64,000 bases of DNA from a virus. Positions 6,651-15,124 of the stretch are shown here, piece by piece. The stretch is from IMG/VR virus record IMGVR_UViG_3300045953_000166. One strand, given 5' to 3'. Both the position numbers and the translations under genes were made by a program. A model generated the notes under the pieces. The model ran no database searches and was not told the DNA's origin. It saw nothing but the letters and a program-made list of their open reading frames with translations. Each line of letters starts with the position of its first letter. Position 1 is the first letter of the stretch.

Positions 6651-7832
6651 ATGCAGACACAACAGGAACCCACGCTGAAGATCGGCCGCGACAAGGTCGA
6701 GACGCCCGTCTCGAAGGTGAGCGATCGCGACCTCGAGTGGTACGCCAACGAGTGCCGTAGCGCCTCGCTTCGAGCGATCGCTTCGAATGAGATCACGCGT
6801 CGCAAGGGCGGTGGTGCTCAAGCGAAGCCCGCACAGCAGGCGCCGCAGAAGCCGGCACCGACTGCGCTCGCGAAGGCGCCGACGACCGATGTCGTGGTCG
6901 GCTCTTTCGACGCTGCTCGCGCGACGCAGGCGCTCAAGCATGCGAGCGAGCACTATCACCTCGTTTCGCCGGCGACCGTGGTCGGTTCGCTCCCGGAAGG
7001 ATGCGAAGTCTCGATCTCGCTCGTCACCATCGACCCCGAAACCGAGTGCTTCGGGCTCACCGGCAGAAAGGGTGAACCGAAAGACGACGACATCCTCGGC
7101 CTCTCGCGTGTAGCGCTCGACAAGATTTTCGCCGCGGCAGGCGGCACGTGGGTGCGTTCGCATCGTCTCGATGACGGGCGGGACCCGCATTACTGCGCGT
7201 GGACCGCGGTCGGTGCGGTGCGGATGTTCGACGGGCAGATCCGTGAGCTACCTGGAAGCGTCGAGCTCGACGCACGCGATGGTTCGCCGCAGGTGGACGA
7301 GATCCGCGCGAAGGCCGAGGACCGGAAGAAGAAGTATCCGAACGACCGGAACCACGATGGCGGCGCTCGGCAGCTTCTCGAGCTCCGGAAGTTCCTACTT
7401 CGTCATGCAGAGTCGAAGGGGATGAATCGCGCCGTCGCAAAGCTCGGCATCCGACGAAGCTACAAGCGCGGTGAGCTGAAGAAGCCGTTCGCCGTAGCGC
7501 GTGTGATGTTCACGGGCCGTAGCAGCGACCCGGAAGCTCGAGCGCTCTTCCAGGGGAAAATCGCCGATAGCTTCCTCGGCGGAACGACGGCGCTCTACGG
7601 GCAGCCGCAGGCGCCCGCACTCCCACCAGCTGGGCACGTGCCGCACCCTGCTCCTCCGGTCGGTTCGGTTGGTGCCATGGATTCTGACTTCGACGTGACC
7701 GGCGACGAAGTGCCACCGTCGGATCCGGCGCCGGCGCCGGCAGCGCCAGCCGGCAGCGCTACCGCTGCCCAGCAGAAGCTCGAGGGCCTGCCTCCGGACG
7801 ACGATCGCGGCGACGACCCTAACAAGTATTGA
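6651..7832 (+). CDS. Putative single-strand annealing/recombination protein (Rad52/Erf-superfamily-like) with Pro-rich linker and acidic tail
   Basis: AGGAG RBS. AESKGMNRAVAKLGIRRSY resembles the conserved SSAP motif AExKAxxRAxxxxGI. C-terminus DDDRGDDPNKY. Sits directly upstream of sbcCD-like genes. Confidence 0.4.
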   Translation: MQTQQEPTLKIGRDKVETPVSKVSDRDLEWYANECRSASLRAIASNEITRRKGGGAQAKPAQQAPQKPAPTALAKAPTTDVVVGSFDAARATQALKHASEHYHLVSPATVVGSLPEGCEVSISLVTIDPETECFGLTGRKGEPKDDDILGLSRVALDKIFAAAGGTWVRSHRLDDGRDPHYCAWTAVGAVRMFDGQIRELPGSVELDARDGSPQVDEIRAKAEDRKKKYPNDRNHDGGARQLLELRKFLLRHAESKGMNRAVAKLGIRRSYKRGELKKPFAVARVMFTGRSSDPEARALFQGKIADSFLGGTTALYGQPQAPALPPAGHVPHPAPPVGSVGAMDSDFDVTGDEVPPSDPAPAPAAPAGSATAAQQKLEGLPPDDDRGDDPNKY

Positions 7833-7843
7833 AAGGGACGAGC

Positions 7844-9007
7844 GTGCGAACGAAACGCTTCACCGTGCTCGCTTCTGGCGATCACCACTGGGACGAGGAT
7901 CGGCGATTCGACGAGTGCCGACGCGTTCACGCCTTCACGGTCGACCTTGCGCGCGAGCGTGAGGTGGACCTCTTCCTATCGGGCGGTGACGTCTACGAGC
8001 GTGCTTCGACACCGACCGAGCGGGAAGCCGTCGCGGAGTGGCTCACGGCGATGGCCGACGTCTGCCCGGTCGTCATCTCGAAGGGCAACCACGACAGGCG
8101 CCTCGACTGCGCCCTGCTCGCTCGGCTTCGCACGAAGCACCCGATCCTCGTCGAGGAGGCGGCCGGCGTGCACTACGTCGCGGGCGCAGCGATCGCTGCG
8201 ATGGCGTGGCCCGAGCGCTCGGTGCTGCTCGCCGCGGGCGGTAGCCAGGCGAGCGCCGACGCGCTCGCGCGCGATGCACTGCAGGCGGTGCTGCGAGGCC
8301 TCGGTGACGAACTCGCGCAGCACGACGGCCCCCGCATCCTGCTCGGGCACTTCATGGTCGACGGCTCCGTCGTGAGCACCGGGCAGCCGCTGCTCGGGAT
8401 GCCGATGAACGTCGGCCTCGCCGACCTCGCGCTCGCCGGCGCGCACCTCGGAGTGATGGCCCACATTCACAAGGCCCAGTGTTTCGACGTGGCCGGCGCG
8501 CCGCACTACTACACGGGTTCGCCGTTCCGCACCGACTTCGGGCAACTCGAGCCGAAGACGGTGCTACTCGCCACGTTCGAAGGTGCCGAGCTCGTCGAGG
8601 TCGAGGAGATCCCGACGCCGGCGACGGCCATGGCGCATGTTGAGGCGACTTGGAAGCCGGACGCCGGTCGATTCATGTGGGGCGGCGACGACGTTACCAA
8701 GCGGGAAGCGCGTGGTGCCGAGGTTCGCTTTCGCTACCACGTAGCGACCGATCAACGCGAAGCGGCGGCGCGCGCGGCTGCCGAGTTCGAGTCCGAATTG
8801 CTCTCGCTCGGCGCGGCGTCGGTGAAGATCGAGCGGATCATCATCACCGAGAAGCGCGCCCGCGCGCCCGAGGTTTCACGTGCAACAAGCGCGCGAGACA
8901 AGCTCGTCGCGCACTGGGAATCGATCGGCTTCGATCCCGGCGAGCGACGCAGTTCTCTGCTCGAGAAAGCAGACCAGGTCGAGGGAGAGGTGCGCGATGC
9001 GGCTTGA
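7844..9007 (+). CDS. sbcD: SbcD/Mre11-type metallophosphoesterase nuclease
   Basis: Calcineurin-fold motifs SGDHH, SGGDVYE, GNHD, LLGH and AHIH in the canonical order. GTG 7844 follows AAGGGA. The track ORF starts at 7829 (TTG). Confidence 0.8.
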   Translation: MRTKRFTVLASGDHHWDEDRRFDECRRVHAFTVDLAREREVDLFLSGGDVYERASTPTEREAVAEWLTAMADVCPVVISKGNHDRRLDCALLARLRTKHPILVEEAAGVHYVAGAAIAAMAWPERSVLLAAGGSQASADALARDALQAVLRGLGDELAQHDGPRILLGHFMVDGSVVSTGQPLLGMPMNVGLADLALAGAHLGVMAHIHKAQCFDVAGAPHYYTGSPFRTDFGQLEPKTVLLATFEGAELVEVEEIPTPATAMAHVEATWKPDAGRFMWGGDDVTKREARGAEVRFRYHVATDQREAAARAAAEFESELLSLGAASVKIERIIITEKRARAPEVSRATSARDKLVAHWESIGFDPGERRSSLLEKADQVEGEVRDAA

Positions 9008-11366
9008 ACGCGTTCGATTCCACAACGTCGGGCCCTTCCCCGACTTCGAGATCAACCTCCAGACGCTTGCACACGAGGAAAAGCTCGTCGCGCTAGTCGG
9101 GCCGAACGGCGCAGGCAAAACGTTCGCGCTCGAGGCCGCGATACTCGGCGCCTGTTACCGCTCGATGGCGACGCAGGGCACGCTCATCAAGCGGGCCCGC
9201 GCGCGCGATGCTTTCGTCGAAAGCACGCTCGTCAACGGGCACGCGTACAAGGTGCGGCACGACCTCGACGCCGTGAGCGGCAAGAGCGAGGCGGTCGTGC
9301 TCGTGGACGGGACGCCGGCCTACAAGGGAACGTCAGTCAAGACGTTTGACAAATGGGCCGAGAAGCACTTCCCGCCTGAGGACCTGCTCCGCGCCGCTCT
9401 CTTCTCCGTCCAGGGATCCGGCGGTTTTCTCGACCTCGGGAGCGCCGATCGAATCTCTGTGATCCTTCGAGCAGTCGGGGTCGAGCGGATCGAGCGGATG
9501 GCCAAGACGTCGCGCGAGCGTGCGAGCACGGCCCGCGACCGACTCGACGCGCTGGTTACCCGGATCGCCGACGCGCGCGGCACAACGCTGCCGGAGCTCG
9601 ACGCGCTCGCGGCGCTCGAGCAGGCGATCGGCGCGCAGACCGGCGCCGACGAGCGGCTCAAGGTCGCCCAGCAGGCGCTCGCCGACGCGCAGGCGCTCGA
9701 CCGGGACATCGAGCAGCGGCGCGAAAAGGCGAACGAGCAACGGCGCGCCCGAACCAAGCTCACGGAATCGCTCGAGGGCTGGCGCGCTACCGCGGCCGAC
9801 ATCGGCACTCGCATCATCAACAATCGTAAGGTGCTCGATGAGGCGGACGCCGTTCGGGCGGCCGTCGCCGATGTGGAACGACTCACTGCCGTTATCGCCA
9901 CCGAGCAGGCGGCGGTGCAGACGCAGCAAGCCGAGGCATCTTCGAAGGCGGCGCGCGCGCGTGAGCTCGACGGCGAGCTCCGGGACGTCGACGTCCAGAT
10001 CGAGCGCTCCGAGATGGTGTTCGCCGACCGCAAGAAGATCGAGGACGCCGAGCAAGCGATCCCAGGGCTCGAGACTGCAGTGTCCGAGGCCGCCGGCGCC
10101 GTCGGCGTGGCCGAGGATGCGCTCGAGGACCTGCGCGGGAAGCACGTCGCGGGTGCGGACGAGCGCATCAAGGGGCTGCGAGGCGGGCTCCAAGAGGTTC
10201 TCGATGCAGAGTCCGACTACGTCTACCTCGTCGCGACGAGCACGCTCCAAGCCGACGACCAGGCGGTCGCCCTCGCGGCCGAGCTCCCCGAACAGGTCGC
10301 GCAGGCTCAAGCCGCTGTGAAGGACGCCCGCGACCGGAAGGACGAGGCCGACAAGAAGCTCGCCGCGGCGCGCACGACGGCAGCACGCCGATCGGCGATC
10401 ACCGCCGCAACGCAAAACCACGATGCCGCGGCGGCGCGGCGCGCAGGAATCGAGAAGGCCAGGGAGACGGCTGCCGCCGCCGAAGTCGTCGCCCGGGATG
10501 CGGCAAGCGACCATCGGGTGAAGCTCGGCGACGCGCGAGAGGCGCTCGTCGAGGTGAGCACGCTGGCCCAGAAGGCCGGCCCGCTCGAGGGCGCCAAGGG
10601 GCGGCTCGCCGAGCTCGAGCCGTCGCTCGTCAGCGCACGCGCTCGGGTGGCGGAATTCGAGGCCGAGCTCAGCGCCGCCCCAGTGCCCGAAGACGTGCCG
10701 GCAGGGCCCGCGCTCTCGCCGCTCGACCGCGCAGTGCGGGACGCCGACATAGCCGCCAAAGCCGCCCATGCAGCGGCCGTGAAGGCCGAGACGGCACTGG
10801 AACTGTCCCGGCAGGTGAGCGACCGCGTCGCGGCCCTGGAAGCCGAGCGCGGCACCGCCGAGGGCGAACTCGCCGACTGGACCCGGCTCGCCATCGACTT
10901 CGGTCGCGACGGCATCCAGAGCGCCGAGGTGGACTCGGCCGGGCCCGAGCTCACCGAACTCACAAACGACCTGCTTCGGTGTTTCGGTTCCCGCTACACC
11001 GTTTCGATCGAGACGCAGCGGCTCTCAGCCGACGGCAAGTCGATGATCGAAGAGTGCCGCGTCCAGGTGATCGACACCGAGCAAGGGCACGAAGGCGAGG
11101 CGCGCGAGTTTTCGGGCGGGCAGAAGGTGATCCTCTCCGAGGCCGTCTCGCTCGCCCTCACGATGCTCGCGTGCCGGCGCGCGGGGGTCGAGCGCCCGAC
11201 CATCGTTCGTGATGAGAGCGGGGCCGCGCTCGACGCGGTCAACGCGCGCGCGTGGATCGCGATGCTGCGCCGTGCCGTCGAGCTCGTCGGTGCCGACCGG
11301 ATCTTGTTCGTCTCGCACTCGCGCGAGGTACAGGAGATGGCGGACGCGAGGATCGAAGTCGGCTGA
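8997..11366 (+). CDS. sbcC: SbcC/Rad50-type SMC-like ATPase
   Basis: MRLERVRFHNVGPF...GPNGAGKT (Walker A), about 500 aa of Ala/Glu/Arg coiled coil, FSGGQKV (signature), IVRDESGAALD (Walker B), FVSHS. Confidence 0.85.
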   Translation: MRLERVRFHNVGPFPDFEINLQTLAHEEKLVALVGPNGAGKTFALEAAILGACYRSMATQGTLIKRARARDAFVESTLVNGHAYKVRHDLDAVSGKSEAVVLVDGTPAYKGTSVKTFDKWAEKHFPPEDLLRAALFSVQGSGGFLDLGSADRISVILRAVGVERIERMAKTSRERASTARDRLDALVTRIADARGTTLPELDALAALEQAIGAQTGADERLKVAQQALADAQALDRDIEQRREKANEQRRARTKLTESLEGWRATAADIGTRIINNRKVLDEADAVRAAVADVERLTAVIATEQAAVQTQQAEASSKAARARELDGELRDVDVQIERSEMVFADRKKIEDAEQAIPGLETAVSEAAGAVGVAEDALEDLRGKHVAGADERIKGLRGGLQEVLDAESDYVYLVATSTLQADDQAVALAAELPEQVAQAQAAVKDARDRKDEADKKLAAARTTAARRSAITAATQNHDAAAARRAGIEKARETAAAAEVVARDAASDHRVKLGDAREALVEVSTLAQKAGPLEGAKGRLAELEPSLVSARARVAEFEAELSAAPVPEDVPAGPALSPLDRAVRDADIAAKAAHAAAVKAETALELSRQVSDRVAALEAERGTAEGELADWTRLAIDFGRDGIQSAEVDSAGPELTELTNDLLRCFGSRYTVSIETQRLSADGKSMIEECRVQVIDTEQGHEGEAREFSGGQKVILSEAVSLALTMLACRRAGVERPTIVRDESGAALDAVNARAWIAMLRRAVELVGADRILFVSHSREVQEMADARIEVG

Positions 11367-11383
11367 ACCAGGGAGAAAAGAGC

Positions 11384-11749
11384 ATGGCAGAAGCGAAAGT
11401 CGAGATCGACGAGGACATCATCAGGCAGGCGACGGCTAAGGCCATCGCCGACGCGCTCAGCCCGTCGAAGCGCGACGAGCTACTTCGGGCCGCGATCACC
11501 CACGTGATCCAGGACAGGCATAGTCACAGAGACAACAAGAGCTACCTGCAGTTCGCCTTTGACCTGGCCGTCGAGAAGGTTGTCCGGGAGATCGTCGAGA
11601 AAGAGGTCGATAACGACTCGACGCGAACGAAGGTGCGCGAGCTCGTTGCAGACGCGTGGACTCGACTCTTCGAACAAGACCAGCGTGACAAGGTCTGCGA
11701 GGACATCGCTAGCGCCATCCGGAAGGGCCTGCTTCGGGAGCGGTACTGA
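11384..11749 (+). CDS. Hypothetical protein
   Basis: MAEAKVEIDEDIIRQATAKAIADAL..., GGGAGAAAAG RBS. The upstream part of the track ORF is shadow. Confidence 0.55.
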   Translation: MAEAKVEIDEDIIRQATAKAIADALSPSKRDELLRAAITHVIQDRHSHRDNKSYLQFAFDLAVEKVVREIVEKEVDNDSTRTKVRELVADAWTRLFEQDQRDKVCEDIASAIRKGLLRERY

Positions 11750-12057
11750 TGCCGGTCCGACCACTTGCTGAAGCCGATGGCCAGCCCATCGACGACCATG
11801 GGCAGTGCGTGATGGTTGTCGTGATGGCGGCCCGCGCGCTCGAGACGCACGACATCGAAGGCGCGATCGAGCGTGCGAAGCACGCGCTCGAGATCGGTCC
11901 GTTCTTTCAGCCGACCGCGTGGATCCAGAATCACGAGAAGCTCGAGCAGGACATCGAGGTGCTTCGCGCAGCCCTACCGCTCGTGAAGCTCGCGCGCGAG
12001 ATCCGCGAACGCATTGAGAAGGGCGAACTCAACGGATTCTCCCCGGAGGATCGCTGA
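11749..12057 (+). CDS. Hypothetical protein
   Basis: Start overlaps the preceding stop, 102 aa. Confidence 0.5.
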   Translation: MPVRPLAEADGQPIDDHGQCVMVVVMAARALETHDIEGAIERAKHALEIGPFFQPTAWIQNHEKLEQDIEVLRAALPLVKLAREIRERIEKGELNGFSPEDR

Positions 12058-12248
12058 TGGCCGACCTACGAGGCGAGGCCCACCGCGAGCGGCACGTCGA
12101 GCTTCACAAGATGCTCGACGAGCTCGTCGCCGACTTCCTCCGACACACGAACGCGCTCCCATCCCGGTCGAGCGTGCTCGACCTGATGACGTGGTCTCAC
12201 CAACAAACGATCTCGCCGGCGGAAAGACCGGAGGACGAAAAGACGTGA
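12057..12248 (+). CDS. Hypothetical protein
   Basis: 63 aa, coupled at both ends. Confidence 0.45.
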   Translation: MADLRGEAHRERHVELHKMLDELVADFLRHTNALPSRSSVLDLMTWSHQQTISPAERPEDEKT

Positions 12249-13915
12249 AAACCCTATCGATCTCGGGGAATCTCGTGCTGCCGCTCGACGCCGTCACTCA
12301 GGCGATCGGGCTCGTAGGCCAGCGCGGGAGCGGCAAGACCCACGCGCTCGCGGTGCTCGCCGAGGAGCTCATCAGCGCCGGCGCGCCGGTTGCAATCCTC
12401 GACCCACTCGGCGTGCTGTGGGGCCTCAGAAGCTCAGCCGACGGAAAAAAGGCCGGGCTTCCCGTCGTGATCCTCGGCGGTGAGCGCGGCGACGTTCCGC
12501 TCGAGAGCACGGCCGGCAAGGTCATCGCCGATTGGGTCGCGAGCGAGCGCCGACCGTGCGTGCTCGACGTGTCAACGTTTCGGAAGGCCGAGCAGCGCCG
12601 CTTCGTGACCGACTTCGCGCTTGAGCTCTACCAGCGCAACCGGGAGCCGCTCCACCTGGTCGTCGATGAGGCTGACCTATTCATTCCGCAGAGGCCGCGC
12701 CCCGACGAGGCTGCGATGCTTGGTGCCTTCGAGGACTTGATCCGCCGCGGGCGAGCTCGCGGGCTCGGTATCACGATCGCGACGCAACGGCCGGCCGTCG
12801 TGCACAAAGACGCCTTGACCCAAGTCGGCGCATTGCTCGCCCTACGGCTCGTCGGCCCCCAGGACCGCGACGCCGTCGAGGCGTGGATCAAGTACCACGG
12901 CGACAAGGAGGGGCGCGAGAAGGTGCTCGCGTCGCTCGGATCGCTACCGGTCGGAACGGCTTGGTTTTGGTCGCCGGGGTGGATGGGCGTGCTGAAGAAG
13001 ATCGGCATCCGCGCCCGGGAGACGTTCGACTCGTCGGCTACACCGAAGCTTGGGGCCGCGAAGGTGACGCCGCGCGAGCTCGCGCCCGTGGAGCTCGAGG
13101 CTCTGAAGGGCAAGATCGCCCAGACGATCGAGCGCGCGAAGGCCGACGATCCGAAGGCGCTACGGGCGAGGATCGCGGAGCTCGAGAAGGCGGCGAAGGT
13201 CGGGCAGCGCGACGCGAAGCCCGAGAAGGTGACGGAGCGGGTCGAGGTGCCGGTGTTCGACGCGGATCGCATGTTGGAATTGAAAGACCGCGTCATCACA
13301 GCGATCGAGGAGCTCGAGGGAGACGTCATCCGTGTGAAGAGTAAGGCGGGCGCCCTGCTCGATCGATGGTTTCAGGAAGGGGCGAAGAAGAGCGCCCGCT
13401 CTTTCGTCGTGAAGTCAGAGAAGGCCCAGCGACCGGCACCGAAAGTGACGAACGGCTCCGGCGAGAAGATGCCCACCGCCGAGCGGAAGATCCTGGTCGC
13501 ACTCGCGCAGTCGGGAGGGCGAGCCACGAAGCGAAAGATCGCAGTCTTCGCCGGCTACGCCGTTTCGGGCGGCGGCTTCAACAACGCCCTTTCAGCGTGC
13601 CGCTCGAAGGGGTGGATCGAGGGTAGCGCTGAGCTCGTGCTACTCGAAGCGGGCGAGACGGCGCTCGGTTCGTGGGAGCCGCTACCGACGGGACGGGACG
13701 CGCTCGCACATTGGATCCGAACGGAGGGCAAGTGCGAGGCCGCGATCCTGACCGCGCTCGACGAGCACGGGCCCGAGCTCGGGAAGGAAAAGCTTGCGGC
13801 TGTTGCGGGCTACGTGGCCGACGGTGGCGGGTTCAACAACGCGCTTTCGCGGCTTCGGACGCTCGAGCTCATCGAGGGCAGCGCGACCATCACGTTGAGC
13901 GAGGAGCTTCGCTGA
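12245..13915 (+). CDS. HerA/FtsK-superfamily (DUF87-like) ATPase with two C-terminal winged-helix-like repeats
   Basis: GTGA-coupled GTG 12245. GQRGSGKT (Walker A), LHLVVDEADLFIP (Walker B), GRARGLGITIATQRPAVVHKDALTQVGALLALRL (HerA-type QRP region). C-terminus repeats GY(A/V)xxGGGFNNALSxxR. Confidence 0.6.
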   Translation: MKTLSISGNLVLPLDAVTQAIGLVGQRGSGKTHALAVLAEELISAGAPVAILDPLGVLWGLRSSADGKKAGLPVVILGGERGDVPLESTAGKVIADWVASERRPCVLDVSTFRKAEQRRFVTDFALELYQRNREPLHLVVDEADLFIPQRPRPDEAAMLGAFEDLIRRGRARGLGITIATQRPAVVHKDALTQVGALLALRLVGPQDRDAVEAWIKYHGDKEGREKVLASLGSLPVGTAWFWSPGWMGVLKKIGIRARETFDSSATPKLGAAKVTPRELAPVELEALKGKIAQTIERAKADDPKALRARIAELEKAAKVGQRDAKPEKVTERVEVPVFDADRMLELKDRVITAIEELEGDVIRVKSKAGALLDRWFQEGAKKSARSFVVKSEKAQRPAPKVTNGSGEKMPTAERKILVALAQSGGRATKRKIAVFAGYAVSGGGFNNALSACRSKGWIEGSAELVLLEAGETALGSWEPLPTGRDALAHWIRTEGKCEAAILTALDEHGPELGKEKLAAVAGYVADGGGFNNALSRLRTLELIEGSATITLSEELR

Positions 13916-13917
13916 CC

Positions 13918-14331
13918 ATGCCGATGGACCGCTCAAAATATCCGAAGGACTGGACGTCCATCTCGAAGCGCATCCGCGATCGTGGCGCCAACCGCTGCGA
14001 AACCTGCAAGGTCCCGAATGGCGCTTTCGTCGCGCGATGCGGCGGAAAGTACATGCTCGAAACCGGCGAGACGTACGACGAGGAAACCGGTGACTACCTC
14101 GGGATGACGCGCGGGTCGGAGATGGGTGAGGCACTCGGCGAGCATCGCTTCGTGAAGATCGTTCTCACGACGGCGCACCTAAACCACGATACGAGCGACA
14201 ACCGAGACGAGAACCTGAAGAGCCTTTGCCAGTTGCACCATCTTCGACTCGACGCCGACCATCACGCCGTGAACGCTCGAGCGACGCGCCGCGGTCGCAA
14301 GGCCGTCGGGAACCTGCCGGGCGTGGAATGA
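13918..14331 (+). CDS. HNH endonuclease
   Basis: CETCK...TAHLNHDTSDNRDENLKSLCQLHHLRLD is a His-Me finger with Cys pairs. Confidence 0.75.
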   Translation: MPMDRSKYPKDWTSISKRIRDRGANRCETCKVPNGAFVARCGGKYMLETGETYDEETGDYLGMTRGSEMGEALGEHRFVKIVLTTAHLNHDTSDNRDENLKSLCQLHHLRLDADHHAVNARATRRGRKAVGNLPGVE

Positions 14332-14894
14332 AGAAGAAGCACTTCATCCCCGAGCCCACGGTCGACGAGTTCCTGCCGTACTGCCGCAGCGGGATCATTT
14401 TCAGTGCACCGATGGTCATGGCGCTCCTCGCAGGTCGAAAGACCGTCACGCGCCGCATCGATCGCCGGTGGCTTCGATACGAGCGCGGCGAGCTACTCTA
14501 CGTCCGAGAGGGCTTCACCGTGCTCGGCACGTCGAAGCGCGGCAAGTCGCTCTGCCTCTATGGGGCCGACCGCTTTCAGGAGTGGCGTGACGGGCAAATG
14601 CCGAACCCCGACAAGAGCCTCGGTCGCCGCTACCCGTCGATCCACATGCCGCGATCGTTTTCGCGCGCCGTGCTGAAGCTCACGAACAAGCCGCGGCTCG
14701 AGCGTGTTCAGGACATCACAGAGATCGACGCGCGCGCCGAGGGGGTCGCGAAGGGGGAGCGGTGCGATGCCCAGTGCCGCGAGCCGTTTCGTCACGGGTT
14801 CATCGACATTTGGCACAAGCTCCACACGAAGCCCGGCGAGCGCTGGCAGGACAACCCCGAGATCGTTCGGCTGCAGTTCATGAGGGTAGCGTGA
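14328..14894 (+). CDS. ASCH/PUA-like domain protein
   Basis: FSAPMVMALLAGRKTVTRR...GELLYVREGF is a typical phage ASCH N-terminal motif. Confidence 0.5.
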   Translation: MKKKHFIPEPTVDEFLPYCRSGIIFSAPMVMALLAGRKTVTRRIDRRWLRYERGELLYVREGFTVLGTSKRGKSLCLYGADRFQEWRDGQMPNPDKSLGRRYPSIHMPRSFSRAVLKLTNKPRLERVQDITEIDARAEGVAKGERCDAQCREPFRHGFIDIWHKLHTKPGERWQDNPEIVRLQFMRVA

Positions 14895-15124
14895 CGCCGC
14901 TCGAGCGCCGCCGCGCGCTTCACGAGCTCGGCCAGCGCGCGATCGACTACTACCTCGACACCGGCCTTTGCGTGTTCTGCGGCGCGGACGACGTCGCCGG
15001 CGAGCCCCACGATGACCATTGCAATGTCGGCGAGCTCGCCGGCGTTGAGCTCACGCCCGAGCGAAGGGCCGAGAAGGCGCACCAACGCGCCACCGTCGAC
15101 GAGTATCTGAAAGGAAGACAATGA
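14891..15124 (+). CDS. Hypothetical Cys/His protein
   Basis: GTGA-coupled GTG. CVFCG...HDDHC. Confidence 0.4.
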   Translation: MTPLERRRALHELGQRAIDYYLDTGLCVFCGADDVAGEPHDDHCNVGELAGVELTPERRAEKAHQRATVDEYLKGRQ

